In this document: positions 41,101 through 54,300 of the stretch, piece after piece | Numbering within the stretch: position 1 is the stretch's first letter | Layout: every line of letters begins with the position of its first letter | Assembly: GCA_964016885.1 (NCBI GenBank) | Contig: OZ024758.1 | Location: 39,122,001 to 39,186,000, forward strand | DNA: 64,000 bases | From: Eledone cirrhosa | Taxonomy: Eukaryota | Direction of reading: 5' to 3' | Program-made: the position numbers and the translations under genes | The notes under the pieces: generated by a model | Database searches by the model: none | Seen by the model: only the letters and a program-made list of their open reading frames with translations | What the model was told of the DNA's origin: nothing

Positions 41101-42400
41101 ACCATGAACTTAAATGAATTCTCACCAACAGTGGAGTTACTTCTGACAGCTAGTACCATGAACTTAAATGAATTCTCACCAACAGTGGAGTTACTTCTGA
41201 CAGCTAGTACCATGAACTTAAATGAATTCTCACCAACAGTGGAGTTACTTCTGACAGCTAGTACCATGAACTTAAATGAATTCTCACCAACAGTGGAGTT
41301 ACTTCTGACAGCTAATACCATGAACTTAAATGAATTCTCACCAACAGTGGAGTTACTTCTGACAGCTAGTACCATGAACTTAAATGAATTCTCACCAACA
41401 TTGGAGTTACTTCTGACAGCTAATACCATGAACTTAAATGAATTCTCACCAACAGTGGAGTTACTTCTGACAGCTAATACCATGAACTTAAATGAATTCT
41501 CACCAACAGTGGAGTTACTTCTGACAGCTAGTACCATGAACTTAAATGAATTCTCACCAACAGTGGAGTTACTTCTGACAGCTAATACCATGAACTTAAA
41601 TGAATTCTCACCAACATTGGAGTGACTTCTGACAGCTAATACCATGAACTTAAATGAATTCTCACCAACATTGGGGTTACTTCTGACAGCTAGTACCATG
41701 AACTTAAATGAATTCTCACCAACAGTGGAGTTACTTCTGACAGCTAATACCATGAACTTAAATGAATTCTCACCAACAGTGGAGTTACTTCTGACAGCTA
41801 ATACCATGAACTTAAATGAATTCTCACCAACAGTGGAGTTACTTCTGACAGCTAGTACCATGAACTTAAATGAATTCTCACCAACAGTGGAGTTACTTCT
41901 GACAGCTAATACCATGAACTTAAATGAATTCTCACCAACAGTGGAGTTACTTCTGACAGCTAATACCATGAACTTAAATGAATTCTCACCAACATTGGAG
42001 TTACTTCTGACAGCTAAGTACCATGAACTTAAATGAATTCTCACCAACAGTGGAGTTACTTCTGACAGCTAATACCATGAACTTAAATGAATTCTCACCA
42101 ACAGTGGAGTTACTTCTGACAGCTAATACCATGAACTTAAATGAATTCTCACCAACATTGGAGTGACTTCTGACAGCTAATACCATGAACTTAAATGAAT
42201 TCTCACCAACATTGGGGTTACTTCTGACAGCTAGTACCATGAACTTAAATGAATTCTCACCAACAGTGGAGTTACTTCTGACAGCTAGTACCATGAACTT
42301 AAATGAATTCTCACCAACAGTGGAGTTACTTCTGACAGCTAGTACCATGAACTTAAATGAATTCTCACCAACAGTGGAGTTACTTCTGACAGCTAGTACC

Positions 42401-45400
42401 ATGACTTAAATGAATTCTCACCAACATTGGAGTTACTTCTGACAGCTAGTACCATGAACTTAAATGAATTCTCACCAACATTGGAGTTACTTCTGACAAC
42501 TAATACCATGACTTAAATGAATTCTCACCAACAGTGGAGTTACTTCTGACAAACTAATACCATGAACTTAAATGAATTCTCACCAACAGTGGAGTTACTT
42601 CTGACAGCTAGTACCATGAACTTAAATGAATTCTCACCAACAGTGGAGTTACTTCTGACAGCTAATACCATGAACTTAAATGAATTCTCACCAACAGTGG
42701 AGTTACTTCTGACAGCTAATACCATGAACTTAAATGAATTCTCACCAACATTGGAGTTACTTCTGACAGCTAGTACCATGAACTTAAATGAATTCTCACC
42801 AACAGTGGAGTTACTTCTGACAGCTAATACCATGAACTTAAATGAATTCTCACCAACAGTGGAGTTACTTCTGACAGCTAATACCATGAACTTAAATGAA
42901 TTCTCACCAACAGTGGAGTTACTTCTGACAGCTAATACCATGAACTTAAATGAATTCTCACCAACATTGGAGTGACTTCTGACAGCTAATACCATGAACT
43001 TAAATGAATTCTCACCAACATTGGAGTTACTTCTGACAGCTAGTACCATGAACTTAAATGAATTCTCACCAACAGTGGAGTTACTTCTGACAGCTAGTAC
43101 CATGAACTTAAATGAATTCTCACCAACAGTGGAGTTACTTCTGACAGCTAATACCATGAACTTAAATGAATTCTCACCAACAGTGGAGTTACTTCTGACA
43201 GCTAGTACCATGACTTAAATGAATTCTCACCAACATTGGAGTTACTTCTGACAGCTAGTACCATGAACTTAAATGAATTCTCACCAACATTGGAGTTACT
43301 TCTGACAACTAATACCATGACTTAAATGAATTCTCACCAACAGTGGAGTTACTTCTGACAAACTAATACCATGAACTTAAATGAATTCTCACCAACAGTG
43401 GAGTTACTTCTGACAGCTAGTACCATGAACTTAAATGAATTCTCACCAACAGTGGAGTTACTTCTGACAGCTAATACCATGAACTTAAATGAATTCTCAC
43501 CAACAGTGGAGTTACTTCTGACAGCTAGTACCATGAACTTAAATGAATTCTCACCAACATTGGAGTTACTTCTGATAGCTAGTACCATGAACTTAAATGA
43601 ATTCTCACCAACAGTGGAGTTACTTCTAACAGCTAGTACCATGAACTTAAATGAATTCTCACCAACAGTGGAGTTACTTCTGACAGCTAGTACCATGAAC
43701 TTAAATGAATTCTCACCAACAGTGGAGTTACTTCTGACAGCTAGTACCATGAACTTAAATGAATTCTCACCAACAGTGGCGTTCCTTCTGACAGCTAATA
43801 CCATGAACTTAAATGAATTCTCACCAACAGTGGAGTTACTTCTGACAGCTAGTACCATGACTTAAATGAATTCTCACCAACATTGGAGTTCCTTCTGACA
43901 GCTAATACCATGAACTTAAATGAATTCTCACCAACAGTGGAGTTACTTCTGACAGCTAATACCATGAACTTAAATGAATTCTCACCAACATTGGAGTGAC
44001 TTCTGACAGCTAGTACCATGAACTTAAATGAATTCTCACCAACAGTGGAGTGACTTCTGACAGCTAATACCATGAACTTAAATGAATTCTCACCAACATT
44101 GGAGTGACTTCTGACAGCTAATACCATGAACTTAAATGAATTCTCACCAACATTGGGGTTACTTCTGACAGCTAGTACCATGAACTTAAATGAATTCTCA
44201 CCAACAGTGGAGTTACTTCTGACAGCTAATACCATGAACTTAAATGAATTCTCACCAACAGTGGAGTTACTTCTGACAGCTAATACCATGAACTTAAATG
44301 AATTCTCACCAACAGTGGAGTTACTTCTGACAGCTAGTACCATGAACTTAAATGAATTCTCACCAACAGTGGAGTTACTTCTGACAGCTAACACCATGAA
44401 CTTAAATGAATTCTCACCAACAGTGGAGTTACTTCTGACAGCTAATACCATGAACTTAAATGAATTCTCACCAACATTGGAGTTACTTCTGACAGCTAGT
44501 ACCATGAACCTAAATGAATTCTCACCAACAGTGGAGTTACTTCTGACAGCTAATACCATGAACTTAAATGAATTCTCACCAACAGTGGAGTTACTTCTGA
44601 CAGCTAATACCATGAACTTAAATGAATTCTCACCAACATTGGAGTGACTTCTGACAGCTAATACCATGAACTTAAATGAATTCTCACCAACATTGGGGTT
44701 ACTTCTGACAGCTAGTACCATGAACTTAAATGAATTCTCACCAACAGTGGAGTTACTTCTGACAGCTAGTACCATGACTTAAATGAATTCTCACCAACAT
44801 TGGAGTTACTTCTGACAGCTAGTACCATGAACCTAAATGAATTCTCACCAACATTGGAGTTACTTCTGACAACTAATACCATGACTTAAATGAATTCTCA
44901 CCAACAGTGGAGTTACTTCTGACAAACTAATACCATGAACTTAAATGAATTCTCACCAACAGTGGAGTTACTTCTGACAGCTAGTACCATGAACTTAAAT
45001 GAATTCTCACCAACAGTGGAGTTACTTCTGACAGCTAATACCATGAACTTAAATGAATTCTCACCAACAGTGGAGTTACTTCTGACAGCTAATACCATGA
45101 ACTTAAATGAATTCGCACCAACATTGGAGTTACTTCTGACAGCTAGTACCATGAACCTAAATGAATTCTCACCAACAGTGGAGTTACTTCTGACAGCTAA
45201 TACCATGAACTTAAATGAATTCTCACCAACAGTGGAGTTACTTCTGACAGCTAATACCATGAACTTAAATGAATTCTCACCAACAGTGGAGTTACTTCTG
45301 ACAGCTAATACCATGAACTTAAATGAATTCTCACCAACATTGGAGTGACTTCTGACAGCTAATACCATGAACTTAAATGAATTCTCACCAACATTGGGGT

Positions 45401-47146
45401 TACTTCTGACAGCTAGTACCATGAACTTAAATGAATTCTCACCAACAGTGGAGTTACTTCTGACAGCTAGTACCATGAACTTAAATGAATTCTCACCAAC
45501 AGTGGAGTTACTTCTGACAGCTAATACCATGAACTTAAATGAATTCTCACCAACAGTGGAGTTACTTCTGACAGCTAGTACCATGACTTAAATGAATTCT
45601 CACCAACATTGGAGTTACTTCTGACAGCTAGTACCATGAACTTAAATGAATTCTCACCAACATTGGAGTTACTTCTGACAACTAATACCATGACTTAAAT
45701 GAATTCTCACCAACAGTGGAGTTACTTCTGACAAACTAATACCATGAACTTAAATGAATTCTCACCAACAGTGGAGTTACTTCTGACAGCTAGTACCATG
45801 AACTTAAATGAATTCTCACCAACAGTGGAGTTACTTCTGACAGCTAATACCATGAACTTAAATGAATTCTCACCAACAGTGGAGTTACTTCTGACAGCTA
45901 GTACCATGAACTTAAATGAATTCTCACCAACATTGGAGTTACTTCTGATAGCTAGTACCATGAACTTAAATGAATTCTCACCAACAGTGGAGTTACTTCT
46001 AACAGCTAGTACCATGAACTTAAATGAATTCTCACCAACAGTGGAGTTACTTCTGACAGCTAGTACCATGAACTTAAATGAATTCTCACCAACAGTGGAG
46101 TTACTTCTGACAGCTAGTACCATGAACTTAAATGAATTCTCACCAACAGTGGCGTTCCTTCTGACAGCTAATACCATGAACTTAAATGAATTCTCACCAA
46201 CAGTGGAGTTACTTCTGACAGCTAGTACCATGACTTAAATGAATTCTCACCAACATTGGAGTTCCTTCTGACAGCTAATACCATGAACTTAAATGAATTC
46301 TCACCAACAGTGGAGTTACTTCTGACAGCTAATACCATGAACTTAAATGAATTCTCACCAACATTGGAGTGACTTCTGACAGCTAGTACCATGAACTTAA
46401 ATGAATTCTCACCAACAGTGGAGTGACTTCTGACAGCTAATACCATGAACTTAAATGAATTCTCACCAACATTGGAGTGACTTCTGACAGCTAATACCAT
46501 GAACTTAAATGAATTCTCACCAACATTGGGGTTACTTCTGACAGCTAGTACCATGAACTTAAATGAATTCTCACCAACAGTGGAGTTACTTCTGACAGCT
46601 AATACCATGAACTTAAATGAATTCTCACCAACAGTGGAGTTACTTCTGACAGCTAATACCATGAACTTAAATGAATTCTCACCAACAGTGGAGTTACTTC
46701 TGACAGCTAGTACCATGAACTTAAATGAATTCTCACCAACAGTGGAGTTACTTCTGACAGCTAACACCATGAACTTAAATGAATTCTCACCAACAGTGGA
46801 GTTACTTCTGACAGCTAATACCATGAACTTAAATGAATTCTCACCAACATTGGAGTTACTTCTGACAGCTAGTACCATGAACCTAAATGAATTCTCACCA
46901 ACAGTGGAGTTACTTCTGACAGCTAATACCATGAACTTAAATGAATTCTCACCAACAGTGGAGTTACTTCTGACAGCTAATACCATGAACTTAAATGAAT
47001 TCTCACCAACATTGGAGTGACTTCTGACAGCTAATACCATGAACTTAAATGAATTCTCACCAACATTGGGGTTACTTCTGACAGCTAGTACCATGAACTT
47101 AAATGAATTCTCACCAACAGTGGAGTTACTTCTGACAGCTAGTACC
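42401..47146 (-). repeat. Higher-order repeat, 2373 bp (44 monomers), two tandem copies
   Basis: ORF pairs 42540/44913, 43349/45722, 43849/46222 and 44126/46499 are offset 2373 = 44x54-3; markers CTGATAGC, TTCTAACAG, GGCGTTCC, GCTAACACC, GAACCTAAA. Confidence 0.92.
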
Positions 47147-50100
47147 ATGAACTTAAATGAATTCTCACCAACAGTGGAGTTACTTCTGACAGCTAATACC
47201 ATGAACTTAAAGGAATTCTCACCAACAGTGGAGTTACTTCTGACAGCTAGTACCATGACTTAAATGAATTCTCACCAACATTGGAGTTACTTCTGACAGC
47301 TAGTACCATGAACTTAAATGAATTCTCACCAACATTGGAGTTACTTCTGACAACTAATACCATGACTTAAATGAATTCTCACCAACAGTGGAGTTACTTC
47401 TGACAAACTAATACCATGAACTTAAATGAATTCTCACCAACAGTGGAGTTACTTCTGACAGCTAGTACCATGAACTTAAATGAATTCTCACCAACAGTGG
47501 AGTTACTTCTGACAGCTAATACCATGAACTTAAATGAATTCTCACCAACAGTGGAGTTACTTCTGACAGCTAATACCATGAACTTAAATGAATTCGCACC
47601 AACATTGGAGTTACTTCTGACAGCTAGTACCATGAACCTAAATGAATTCTCACCAACAGTGGAGTTACTTCTGACAGCTAATACCATGAACTTAAATGAA
47701 TTCTCACCAACAGTGGAGTTCCTTCTGACAGCTAATACCATGAACTTAAATGAATTCTCACCAACAGTGGAGTTACTTCTGACAGCTAGTACCATGACTT
47801 AAATGAATTCTCACCAACATTGGAGTTACTTCTGACAGCTAGTACCATGAACTTAAATGAATTCTCACCAACAGTGGAGTTACTTCTGACAGCTAGTACC
47901 ATGAACTTAAATGAATTCTCACCAACAGTGGAGTTACTTCTGACAGCTAGTACCATGAACTTAAATGAATTCTCACCAACAGTGGAGTTACTTCTGACAG
48001 CTAGTACCATGACTTAAATGAATTCTCACCAACAATGGAGTTACTACTGACAGCTAATACCATGACTTAAATGAATTCTCACCAACAGTGGAGTTACTTC
48101 TGACAGCTAGTACCATGAACTTAAATGAATTCTCACCAACAGTGGAGTTACTTCTGACAGCTAGTACCATGACTTAAATGAATTCTCACCAACAGTGGAG
48201 TTACTTCTGACAGCTAGTACCATGACTTAAATGAATTCTCACCAACATTGGAGATACTTCTGACAGCTAGTACCATGAACTTAAATGAATTCTCACCAAC
48301 ATTGGAGTTACTTCTGACAACTAATACCATGACTTAAATGAATTCTCACCAACAGTGGAGTTACTTCTGACAAACTAATACCATGAACTTAAATGAATTC
48401 TCACCAACAGTGGAGTTACTTCTGACAGCTAGTACCATGAACTTAAATGAATTCTCACCAACAGTGGAGGTACTTCTGACAGCTAATACCATGAACTTAA
48501 ATGAATTCTCACCAACAGTGGAGTTACTTCTGACAGCTAGTACCATGAACTTAAATGAATTCTCACCAACATTGGAGTTACTTCTGACAGCTAGTACCAT
48601 GAACTTAAATGAATTCTCACCAACAGTGGAGTTACTTCTGACAGCTAGTACCATGAACTTAAATGAATTCTCACCAACAGTGGAGTTACTTCTGACAGCT
48701 AGTACCATGAACTTAAATGAATTCTCACAAACATTGGAGTTACTTCTGACAGCTAGTACCATGAACTTAAATGAATTCTCACCAACAGTGGAGTTACTTC
48801 TGACAGCTAGTACCATGAACTTAAATGAATTCTCACCAACAGTGGAGTTACTTCTGACAGCTAGTACCATGAACTTAAATGAATTCTCACCAACAGTGGA
48901 GTTACTTCTGACAGCTAGTACCATGAACTTAAATGAATTCTCACCAACAGTGGAGTTACTTCTGACAGCTAGTACCATGAACTTAAATGAATTCTCACCA
49001 ACAATGGAGTTACTTCTGACAGCTAATACCATGACTTAAATGAATTCTCACCAACAGTGGAGTTACTTCTGACAGCTAATACCATGAACTTAAATGAATT
49101 CTCACCAACAGTGGAGTTACTTCTGACAGCTAGTACCATGAACTTAAATGAATTCTCACCAACAGTGGAGTTACTTCTGACAGCTAATACCATGAACTTA
49201 AATGAATTCTCACCAACAGTGGAGTTACTTCTGACAGCTAATACCATGAACTTAAATGAATTCTCACCAACAGTGGAGTTACTTCTGACAGCTAATACCA
49301 TGAACTTAAATGAATTCTCACCAACATTGGAGTGACTTCTGACAGCTAATACCATGAACTTAAATGAATTCTCACCAACATTGGGGTTACTTCTGACAGC
49401 TAGTACCATGAACTTAAATGAATTCTCACCAACAGTGGAGTTACTTCTGACAGCTAGTACCATGAACTTAAATGAATTCTCACCAACAGTGGAGTTACTT
49501 CTGACAGCTAATACCATGAACTTAAATGAATTCTCACCAACAGTGGAGTTACTTCTGACAGCTAGTACCATGACTTAAATGAATTCTCACCAACATTGGA
49601 GTTACTTCTGACAGCTAGTACCATGAACTTAAATGAATTCTCACCAACATTGGAGTTACTTCTGACAACTAATACCATGACTTAAATGAATTCTCACCAA
49701 CAGTGGAGTTACTTCTGACAAACTAATACCATGAACTTAAATGAATTCTCACCAACAGTGGAGTTACTTCTGACAGCTAGTACCATGAACTTAAATGAAT
49801 TCTCACCAACAGTGGAGTTACTTCTGACAGCTAATACCATGAACTTAAATGAATTCTCACCAACAGTGGAGTTACTTCTGACAGCTAGTACCATGAACTT
49901 AAATGAATTCTCACCAACATTGGAGTTACTTCTGATAGCTAGTACCATGAACTTAAATGAATTCTCACCAACAGTGGAGTTACTTCTAACAGCTAGTACC
50001 ATGAACTTAAATGAATTCTCACCAACAGTGGAGTTACTTCTGACAGCTAGTACCATGAACTTAAATGAATTCTCACCAACAGTGGAGTTACTTCTGACAG

Positions 50101-50229
50101 CTAGTACCATGAACCTAAATGAATTCTCACCAACAGTGGAGTTACTTCTGACAGCTAATACCATGAACTTAAATGAATTCTCACCAACAGTGGAGTTACT
50201 TCTGACAGCTAGTACCATGACTTAAATGA

Positions 50230-51320
50230 ATTCTCACCAACATTGGAGTGACTTCTGACAGCTAATACCATGAACTTAAATGAATTCTCACCAACATTGG
50301 GGTTACTTCTGACAGCTAGTACCATGAACTTAAATGAATTCTCACCAACAGTGGAGTTACTTCTGACAGCTAGTACCATGAACTTAAATGAATTCTCACC
50401 AACAGTGGAGTTACTTCTGACAGCTAATACCATGAACTTAAAGGAATTCTCACCAACAGTGGAGTTACTTCTGACAGCTAGTACCATGACTTAAATGAAT
50501 TCTCACCAACATTGGAGTTACTTCTGACAGCTAGTACCATGAACTTAAATGAATTCTCACCAACATTGGAGTTACTTCTGACAACTAATACCATGACTTA
50601 AATGAATTCTCACCAACAGTGGAGTTACTTCTGACAAACTAATACCATGAACTTAAATGAATTCTCACCAACAGTGGAGTTACTTCTGACAGCTAGTACC
50701 ATGAACTTAAATGAATTCTCACCAACAGTGGAGTTACTTCTGACAGCTAATACCATGAACTTAAATGAATTCTCACCAACAGTGGAGTTACTTCTGACAG
50801 CTAATACCATGAACTTAAATGAATTCGCACCAACATTGGAGTTACTTCTGACAGCTAGTACCATGAACCTAAATGAATTCTCACCAACAGTGGAGTTACT
50901 TCTGACAGCTAATACCATGAACTTAAATGAATTCTCACCAACAGTGGAGTTCCTTCTGACAGCTAATACCATGAACTTAAATGAATTCTCACCAACAGTG
51001 GAGTTACTTCTGACAGCTAGTACCATGACTTAAATGAATTCTCACCAACATTGGAGTTACTTCTGACAGCTAGTACCATGAACTTAAATGAATTCTCACC
51101 AACAGTGGAGTTACTTCTGACAGCTAGTACCATGAACTTAAATGAATTCTCACCAACAGTGGAGTTACTTCTGACAGCTAGTACCATGAACTTAAATGAA
51201 TTCTCACCAACAGTGGAGTTACTTCTGACAGCTAGTACCATGACTTAAATGAATTCTCACCAACAATGGAGTTACTACTGACAGCTAATACCATGACTTA
51301 AATGAATTCTCACCAACAGT
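50230..51320 (-). repeat. About 1.1-kb block duplicating approx. 47000-48090 at offset 3231 bp
   Basis: ORF pairs 47039/50270, 47394/50625 and 47786/51017; markers AAAGGAAT, ATTCGCACC, TTACTACTG. Confidence 0.88.
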
Positions 51321-54300
51321 GGAGTTACTTCTGACAGCTAATACCATGAACTTAAATGAATTTTCACCAACAGTCGAGTTACTTCTGACAGCTAGTACCA
51401 TGAACTTAAATGAATTCTCACCAACAGTGGAGCTACTTCTGACAGCTAATACCATGAACTTAAATGAATTCTCACCAACAGTGGAGTTACTTCTGACAGC
51501 TAATACCATGAACTTAAATGAATTCTCACCAACATTGGATTTACTTCTGACAGCTAGTACCATGAACTTAAATGAATTCTCACCAACAGTGGAGTTACTT
51601 CTGACAGCTAATACCATGAACTTAAATGAATTCTCACCAACAGTGGCGTTCCTTCTGACAGCTAATACCATGAACTTAAATGAATTCTCACCAACAGTGG
51701 AGTTACTTCTGACAGCTAGTACCATGACTTAAATGAATTCTCACCAACATTGGAGTTCCTTCTGACAGCTAATACCATGAACTTAAATGAATTCTCACCA
51801 ACAGTGGAGTTACTTCTGACAGCTAATACCATGAACTTAAATGAATTCTCACCAACATTGGAGTGACTTCTGACAGCTAATACCATGAACTTAAATGAAT
51901 TCTCACCAACATTGGGGTTACTTCTGACAGCTAGTACCATGAACTTAAATGAATTCTCACCAACAGTGGAGTGACTTCTGACAGCTAATACCATGAACTT
52001 AAATGAATTCTCACCAACATTGGAGTGACTTCTGACAGCTAATACCATGAACTTAAATGAATTCTCACCAACATTGGGGTTACTTCTGACAGCTAGTACC
52101 ATGAACTTAAATGAATTCTCACCAACAGTGGAGTTACTTCTGACAGCTAATACCATGAACTTAAATGAATTCTCACCAACAGTGGAGTTACTTCTGACAG
52201 CTAGTACCATGAACTTAAATGAATTCTCACCAACAGTGGAGTTACTTCTGACAGCTAACAACATGAACTTAAATGAATTCTCACCAACAGTGGAGTTACT
52301 TCTGACAGCTAGTACCATGAACCTAAATGAATTCTCACCAACAGTGGAGTTACTTCTGACAGCTAATACCATGAACTTAAATGAATTCTCACCAACAGTG
52401 GAGTTCCTTCTGACAGCTAATACCATGAACTTAAATGAATTCTCACCAACAGTGGAGTTACTTCTGACAGCTAGTACCATGACTTAAATGAATTCTCACC
52501 AACATTGGAGTTACTTCTGACAGCTGGTACCATGAACTTAAATGAATTCTCACCAACAGTGGAGTTACTTCTGACAGCTAGTACCATGAACTTAAATGAA
52601 TTCTCACCAACAATGGAGTTACTTCTGACAGCTAATACCATGACTTAAATGAATTCTCACCAACAGTGGAGTTACTTCTGACAGCTAATACCATGAACTT
52701 AAATGAATTCTCACCAACATAGAGTTACTTCTGACAGCTAGTACCATGAACTTAAATGAATTCTCACCAACAGTGGAGTTACTTCTGACAGCTAATACCA
52801 TGAACTTAAATGAATTCTCACCAACAGTGGAGTTACTTCTGACAGCTAATACCATGAACTTAAATGAATTGTCACCAACAGTGGAGTTACTTCTGACAGC
52901 TAATACCATGAACTTAAATGAATTCTCACCAACAGTGGAGTTACTTCTGACAGCTAATACCATGAACTTAAATGAATTCTCACCAACATTGGAGTGACTT
53001 CTGACAGCTAATACCATGAACTTAAATGAATTCTCACCAACATTGGGGTTACTTCTGACAGCTAGTACCATGAACTTAAATGAATTCTCACCAACAGTGG
53101 AGTTACTTCTGACAGCTAGTACCATGAACTTAAATGAATTCTCACCAACAGTGGAGTTACTTCTGACAGCTAATACCATGAACTTAAAGGAATTCTCACC
53201 AACAGTGGAGTTACTTCTGACAGCTAGTACCATGACTTAAATGAATTCTCACCAACATTGGAGTTACTTCTGACAGCTAGTACCATGAACTTAAATGAAT
53301 TCTCACCAACATTGGAGTTACTTCTGACAACTAATACCATGACTTAAATGAATTCTCACCAACAGTGGAGTTACTTCTGACAAACTAATACCATGAACTT
53401 AAATGAATTCTCACCAACAGTGGAGTTACTTCTGACAGCTAGTACCATGAACTTAAATGAATTCTCACCAAGAGTGGAGTTACTTCTGACAGCTAATACC
53501 ATGAACTTAAATGAATTCTCACCAACAGTGGAGTTACTTCTGACAGCTAATACCATGAACTTAAATGAATTCTCACCAACATTGGAGTTACTTCTGACAG
53601 CTGGTACCATGAACTTAAATGAATTCTCACCAACAGTGGAGTTACTTCTGACAGCTAGTACCATGAACTTAAATGAATTCTCACCAACAATGGAGTTACT
53701 TCTGACAGCTAATACCATGACTTAAATGAATTCTCACCAACAGTGGAGTTACTTCTGACAGCTAATACCATGAACTTAAATGAATTCTCACCAACAGTGG
53801 AGTTACTTCTGACAGCTAATACCATGAACTTAAATGAATTCTCACCAACAGTGGAGTTACTTCTGACAGCTAATACCATGAACTTAAATGAATTGTCACC
53901 AACAGTGGAGTTACTTCTGACAGCTAATACCATGAACTTAAATGAATTCTCACCAACAGTGGAGTTACTTCTGACAGCTAATACCATGAACTTAAATGAA
54001 TTCTCACCAACATTGGAGTGACTTCTGACAGCTAATACCATGAACTTAAATGAATTCTCACCAACATTGGGGTTACTTCTGACAGCTAGTACCATGAACT
54101 TAAATGAATTCTCACCAACAGTGGAGTTACTTCTGACAGCTAGTACCATGAACTTAAATGAATTCTCACCAACAGTGGAGTTACTTCTGACAGCTAATAC
54201 CATGAACTTAAAGGAATTCTCACCAACAGTGGAGTTACTTCTGACAGCTAGTACCATGACTTAAATGAATTCTCACCAACATTGGAGTTACTTCTGACAG

